64,000 bases of DNA, taken from NCBI GenBank assembly GCA_041662565.1, contig JBAZSE010000002.1:155244-219243 (forward strand). Reading direction: 5' to 3'. The translations under genes were made by a program, and so were the position numbers. The stretch is from Patescibacteria group bacterium (lineage in GTDB: Bacteria; Patescibacteriota; Patescibacteriia; UBA1558; UBA10009). A model generated the notes under the pieces. That model was not told the DNA's origin. It did not search any database and was given only the letters and a program-made list of their open reading frames with translations. Shown here piece after piece: positions 59,150 to 64,000 of the stretch. Position 1 is the stretch's first letter, and every line of letters starts with the position of its first letter.

Positions 59150-59899
59150 ATGCCTCAAATTTGGCTTTATTCTTTAACCAGCGTTTTGCTGGTGAGCTTG
59201 GTTTCCTTAGCCGGCATTATTACTTTATCCTTATCTTTGGATCGGCTTAAAAAAGTTTTAATTTTTTTGGTTAGCTTTTCGGCCGGCGCCATGCTGGGCG
59301 ATTTGTTTTTTCATCTTTTGCCCGAAATTGCCGAAACCCAAGGGTTTGGCGGGCTTACGCCGGTTTTATTTATCGGCGGAATGCTGTTATTTTTTATTTT
59401 AGAAAAATACATCCATTGGACTCACTGCCACGAACCTCTTTCGGACCAACATCCACATCATTTGGCCACCATGAACTTATTTGGCGATGGTTTGCATAAT
59501 TTTATTGACGGCTTAATGATTGCCGCAAGCTACATTATTTCCTTGCCTTTGGGCATTGCCACCACCTTAGCCATTGTTTTCCATGAAATTCCTCAAGAAA
59601 TTGGAGAGTTTGGCGTGCTTTTGCATGCCGGTTTTAGCAAAGGCAAGGCCATTTTTTATAATTTAATCTCGGCCGGCATGGCTATTATCGGCACTTTGAT
59701 CGGCCTGATGCTAGCCGAAAAATCTGACGCCTTTGCGGCTGCTATTTTACCTATTACTGCCGCCAGTTTTATTTATATTGCCACGGCCGACTTGATTCCG
59801 GAGCTTCATAAAGAAACCAAAATGACCAGGTCCTTTATCCAGCTTATCAGCTTGATTTTAGGTGCCGTAGCCATGTATTTATTGACATTCATGGAGTAA
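59150..59899 (+). CDS. ZIP family metal transporter
   Basis: HLLPE, His-rich loop, LHNFIDG, HEIPQEIG and DLIPEL. Confidence 0.93.
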   Translation: MPQIWLYSLTSVLLVSLVSLAGIITLSLSLDRLKKVLIFLVSFSAGAMLGDLFFHLLPEIAETQGFGGLTPVLFIGGMLLFFILEKYIHWTHCHEPLSDQHPHHLATMNLFGDGLHNFIDGLMIAASYIISLPLGIATTLAIVFHEIPQEIGEFGVLLHAGFSKGKAIFYNLISAGMAIIGTLIGLMLAEKSDAFAAAILPITAASFIYIATADLIPELHKETKMTRSFIQLISLILGAVAMYLLTFME

Positions 59900-59965
59900 T
59901 CCATGGTTTTTTCTCAATATTGCTTTACAAATCTCGGGTCTAATGTTAGCCCTTAAAAAGGTACT

Positions 59966-59994
59966 GTAGTGGCGGGTTTTAAACCCCCCACTAC
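59966..59994. repeat. GTAG-type REP-like palindrome
   Basis: GTAGTGGCGGGTTT-T-AAACCCCCCACTAC. Confidence 0.5.
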
Positions 59995-60081
59995 TTCAGC
60001 TTGACAAAATTTAAATAGTTTGATATAATTTTAAATCAAGTTATCTTCTCTTGATAAATCTTGATCTATAATAAGCAAAAA

Positions 60082-60682
60082 ATGCTTAAATACCTTGTTT
60101 TATTAGGCGGAACCGTTCAATTGATTGGTATTGCCTACTACATCAAAGAGACCGTCCGTGGCAACATTCAGCCGAATAAAGCCAGTTGGCTTTTATGGGC
60201 GATTGCTCCAATGATAACGACCTTAGCCGCGCTATCTAAAGGTGTAACCTGGGCAGTAATTCCCACTTTTTTAGCCGGTTTGGGGCCGTTATTGGTATTT
60301 ATCGCATCATTTATTAATCATAAGGCCTACTGGAAACTGGGAAAATTTGATTATTTATGTGCCTTATTTTCCATTTTGGCTTTAATGCTCTGGGGAATTA
60401 CCAGTGATCCTCATATTGCGATATTATTTGCCATCTTAAGTGATACTTTTGCCGGCATACCGATCGTAGTAAAATCTGCATTACCCGGAAACGGAAAAAA
60501 TTACCCCCTACTCTTCCGGCTTATTTAGTTCTATTACCAGTTTTTTTGCCATTAGCACTTGGAATTTTTCCTCCCTTGCTTTCCCAATTTACCTGGTAAT
60601 AATGAACGTATCTATAATTACCGCTTTAACTAAAAATAAATTTAAGAAAAACCTAAACTCTAAATCAAATATTCATGACTAA
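60082..60682 (+). pseudogene. Frameshifted membrane protein
   Basis: The first frame stops at 60528. The +1 frame from about 60479 continues HYPETEKITPY..SLAFPIYL to a stop at 60682, abutting the next gene. Confidence 0.65.
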
Positions 60683-62012
60683 AGAACCTCAAAATATCAC
60701 TACTGACTTTTCCGGACTAGGCATTGCGCCCAGTATTTTGGAAATGTTGGTTAAATTAAAAATTTTAACTCCAACGCCGATTCAAAAACAGGCCATTCCC
60801 ATTGCCATTCAAGGTAAAGATGTCATGGGCGTGGCACAAACCGGCACTGGCAAAACTTTTGCTTTTGGCATTCCTATGATCCAACGCTTGCACCAGATCA
60901 ATGGCCGGGGCTTGGTAATTTTACCTACCCGTGAACTAGCCCTGCAAGTAGATGAGGCCTTGCGCAAAATCGGCCGTAGCGTAAATTTAAAAACCACCGT
61001 GTTAATCGGTGGCATGCCCATGCATCCGCAATTGCGTGCGCTGGCATCGGACCCGCATATTGTTATCGGCACACCCGGCAGAATCAACGATCACTTAGTT
61101 CAAAAAAGTTTACGGTTGGAAAATACCAAAATTGTTGTGTTGGATGAAGCCGATCGCATGCTGGATATGGGATTTGCTCCGCAAATTAAAGAAATCTTTA
61201 AAAACTTGCCAGCCGATAGGCAAACTATGCTTTTTTCGGCTACCATGCCACCGGTAATTATCCGTATGGCCACAGCTTTAATGAAATTGCCAATAAGGAT
61301 TGAGGTGGCGCCAACCGGCACCACGGCTGATAATGTTACCCAAGAAATTTTTATTCTGCCTAAAGACGCTAAAGTGCGGATGGTGGAAAAATTATTAGCC
61401 CAATACTTAGGGCCGGTATTAATTTTTAGCCGAACCAAGCATGGCGCCAAACGCTTAAGCCAAATGATCCATGATTTTGGCCATACGGCAGCCGAACTGC
61501 ACTCCAACCGCTCACTCGGACAAAGGCGCGAGGCCCTGGATGGCTTTAAATCCGGGCGTTTCCGCGTTTTAATCGCAACGGATATTGCCTCTCGTGGCAT
61601 TGATGTAATTGGCATTGAATTGGTGTTAAACTTTGATTTACCTGCTAATGCCGAGGATTATGTTCATCGGATCGGTCGAACTGCTCGAGCTGGTTCAGGC
61701 GGACATGCTATTTCTCTAGTAACTCCCGATCAAAGAGGCGAACTAAGGGATATAGAAAGATTAGTCAAAAAAAATCTGCCTATTTCCAAAGTACCCGATC
61801 TGCCCCCGGCCAGAAACCATACCTTTACTAATAGCACCGGATCGAGCTCAGCTCGATCAAGTCGGCCACCTAGATCATCGAGTTCAGCTAGATTTAGCAG
61901 GACAATTAGCTCGGGTAAGCTTTCTTCACACAGACCATTTAGTTCAAGCAGACCAAGCTTTATGCCACGCCCTTACAAAGGGCCGGGCACTTTTAGACGC
62001 CGCCGACCATAA
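60675..62012 (+). CDS. DEAD-box RNA helicase
   Basis: AQTGTGKT, PTRELA, TPGR, DEAD, SAT and HRIGRTAR. The S/R tail is partly made of palindrome copies (61842-61856, 61878-61892). Confidence 0.97.
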   Translation: MTKEPQNITTDFSGLGIAPSILEMLVKLKILTPTPIQKQAIPIAIQGKDVMGVAQTGTGKTFAFGIPMIQRLHQINGRGLVILPTRELALQVDEALRKIGRSVNLKTTVLIGGMPMHPQLRALASDPHIVIGTPGRINDHLVQKSLRLENTKIVVLDEADRMLDMGFAPQIKEIFKNLPADRQTMLFSATMPPVIIRMATALMKLPIRIEVAPTGTTADNVTQEIFILPKDAKVRMVEKLLAQYLGPVLIFSRTKHGAKRLSQMIHDFGHTAAELHSNRSLGQRREALDGFKSGRFRVLIATDIASRGIDVIGIELVLNFDLPANAEDYVHRIGRTARAGSGGHAISLVTPDQRGELRDIERLVKKNLPISKVPDLPPARNHTFTNSTGSSSARSSRPPRSSSSARFSRTISSGKLSSHRPFSSSRPSFMPRPYKGPGTFRRRRP

Positions 62013-62050
62013 CCTTGAAAAAATTAAGATTAGTTTTAATCAACAAAACT

Positions 62051-62320
62051 ATGTCTGACCCAATTCAAGAATTAAATAAAGAAATTGAAATCATCAAAGC
62101 TCGTAATAAAAAAGTCGAAGCTGATAAGGCCTGGGAAACAAGCTGGGGCAGAACCTTAAGCATTTCCCTAATTACCTATATTACGGCATCGGCTTTTTTA
62201 TATTTTAGCGGGGCAAAAAACTTTTTACTTAATGCCCTAGTGCCAACAATCGGCTATTTTTTATCAACCAGATCATTGCCTATGATTAAAAAATGGTGGC
62301 TAAAAAAATTTTGGCAATAA
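62051..62320 (+). CDS. Small hypothetical membrane protein
   Basis: RNKKVEADKAWETSW plus two TM helices. Confidence 0.75.
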   Translation: MSDPIQELNKEIEIIKARNKKVEADKAWETSWGRTLSISLITYITASAFLYFSGAKNFLLNALVPTIGYFLSTRSLPMIKKWWLKKFWQ

Positions 62321-62387
62321 AAAATTTATCTTAATTGCCAGATACAAATAAAAATTGTATAATAATAACAATTCTCTACGCAATTTT

Positions 62388-63260
62388 ATGCATAAAATCC
62401 GCAAAGCAATTATTCCTGTCGCCGGGTTTGGCACCCGCTTTTTACCGGCCACCAAAGCCCAGCCCAAAGAAATGCTACCGGTGGTTGATAAACCAACCAT
62501 CCAATACATTGTCGAGGCCTGCGCCCAAGCGGGCATTACCGAAATTATCATTGTTACGAGCGGTAACAAACGGGCGGTAGAAGATCATTTTGATAAAACG
62601 CCGGAACTGGAAAATTGGCTAATTAAAAGCAAAAATGAAACTCAATTAAAAGAACTGCGCTTAATCCCTCGCATGGCCAACTTTATTTATATTCGCCAAA
62701 AAGGCGGTTATGGCAATGGCACGCCGGTTTTAAACGCCGAACCTCTAATCGGCAACGAGCCCTTTGCCGTTTTGTGGGGCGATGAATTTTTTACCAATAA
62801 AACCGGAAAAAATTGGATTCAACAGATGATCGCCACTTACGAAAAATACCAAGATCCTGTTTTATCGGTTATTGAAGTAAGTAAAGAAGATACCAAGCGT
62901 TACGGTATTGTTGAAGGCGTAAAAGTGGAACCCAATATTTTTCAAGTTAAAGGTTTTGAAGAAAAGCCAGGCCCACAAAAAGCCAAATCCAATCTGGCAT
63001 TGGTGGGCGGCTACATTTTAACTCCGGAAATCTTTGGCATTCTTAAAAAAACCAAAATCGGTAAAGGCGGAGAGTTGTGGCTAGCCGATGCCATTAGCGC
63101 CCTGTTAAAAAAACGCTCCTTTTACGCCCGTAAAATTGAGGGCAAGCTGTACGATGCCGGCACCATTGGCGGCTGGCTTAAAGCCAATGTGGAACTGGCT
63201 TTGGAAAATCCTAAAGTTAATAAAGAGTTTAGAGCGTATTTAAAAAAATTGAAAGTTTGA
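62388..63260 (+). CDS. galU: UTP-glucose-1-phosphate uridylyltransferase
   Basis: KAIIPVAGFGTRFLPATKAQPKEMLPVVDKP. Confidence 0.93.
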   Translation: MHKIRKAIIPVAGFGTRFLPATKAQPKEMLPVVDKPTIQYIVEACAQAGITEIIIVTSGNKRAVEDHFDKTPELENWLIKSKNETQLKELRLIPRMANFIYIRQKGGYGNGTPVLNAEPLIGNEPFAVLWGDEFFTNKTGKNWIQQMIATYEKYQDPVLSVIEVSKEDTKRYGIVEGVKVEPNIFQVKGFEEKPGPQKAKSNLALVGGYILTPEIFGILKKTKIGKGGELWLADAISALLKKRSFYARKIEGKLYDAGTIGGWLKANVELALENPKVNKEFRAYLKKLKV

Positions 63261-63279
63261 AAAAGTAAACAAAAGCAAA

Positions 63280-64000
63280 ATGAAAAATTCAAATTCTAAA
63301 ATCAAATTTAAAATTCTTTTCTTATTGATTCTAGGAGTTTTTATATCCACCAGCGGTTTTTCTTGCAAACTTTTCCCCAAAACTGCCGTTCCGCAAACTT
63401 TAACCAAAACAACCGAGCTTAGCTATTGGGGAGTCTGGGATGAACCAAGTTTTGTTCAACCGTTAATTAACGATTTTCAGGCCCTACATCCCAACGTTAA
63501 AATAAAATACAGCCGTTTTAGATTTTCCGAATACAAGCAAAAGCTGTTAGAGGCCTGGGCAGCCGATCGCGGTCCCGATATTTACAGTATTCCTGCCAGC
63601 TGGCTTAAGGAATACCAAAATTTTATTACCCCCCAACCGGCCGAAATCAAGTTGGCTTTTGAGCAAATTACCAAAACACTGGGCAAGGAAGAAAAAACCA
63701 CCGTAGTTAAAAGCGTGCCGATTTTTAAAACGACCGATATTAAAAACAAATTTGTAGACCAGGTTGCAAGCGACGTGATTATTAATAATAAAATTTACGG
63801 CTTGCCCTACTCTTTGGATTCTTTAGCCCTATTTTACAATCGCGATTTACTGGATAAAGCGGGCATTGCCACGCCTCCGGTTACCTGGGATGATGTGGCC
63901 TCGGCTGCCAGCAAAATCAGCAAAATAGATTTAAATAACAATCCGGTAGAAGCCGGCATCTCACTGGGCACCGCCGAAAACATCAATAATGCAGGGGATA
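63280..64000 (+). CDS. ABC-type extracellular solute-binding protein (3' partial)
   Basis: Lipoprotein-like signal (..GFSC), YWGVWD, HPNVKIKY, GPDI, YGLPYSLD and FYNRDLL..AG. Runs off the window. Confidence 0.85.
   Translation, partial: MKNSNSKIKFKILFLLILGVFISTSGFSCKLFPKTAVPQTLTKTTELSYWGVWDEPSFVQPLINDFQALHPNVKIKYSRFRFSEYKQKLLEAWAADRGPDIYSIPASWLKEYQNFITPQPAEIKLAFEQITKTLGKEEKTTVVKSVPIFKTTDIKNKFVDQVASDVIINNKIYGLPYSLDSLALFYNRDLLDKAGIATPPVTWDDVASAASKISKIDLNNNPVEAGISLGTAENINNAGD

Overview
Chromosomal window of a Patescibacteria/CPR (Parcubacteria-like) bacterium. The assignment is inferred from a 16S gene unlinked from 23S with Parcubacteria-type primer-site variants, a short SMC and SD-less housekeeping genes. 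The core content is argH/pyrE/pyrF, smc, rpsP-khpA-trmD, glpX and class I aldolase, 16S rRNA and six tRNAs, polA-holA, rpsT, a nucleotidyltransferase-TruB fusion, uvrB, ruvA, femAB, murE, rpoB, rpoC, ftsK, recA, envelope genes, a DEAD-box helicase and galU. Several layers are not explained by these gene calls. (1) A 15-bp palindrome TCGAGCTNAGCTCGA and a related CCCGAGCG(A/G)AGTCGAGGG element are inserted in frame inside truB, polA, femAB and the helicase; three copies carry exact 3-bp flanking duplications. They belong to a wider set of nested GC-rich palindromes between genes and next to tRNAs. (2) About nine dispersed single-gene ORFan cassettes share one layout (TTGACA-type promoter, SD, ORF, own terminator), in a host whose core genes mostly lack SD. 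(3) A DUF3800 gene has a convergent, promoter-driven structured RNA and a nearby repeat-containing micro-peptide. (4) A 90-bp-period repeat duplicates the 5' end of tRNA-Cys. (5) An LPKTG ice-binding-domain protein lies next to a sortase. (6) Attenuator-like leaders precede terC and the ice-binding gene. All calls come from reading motifs by eye; no searches were run.
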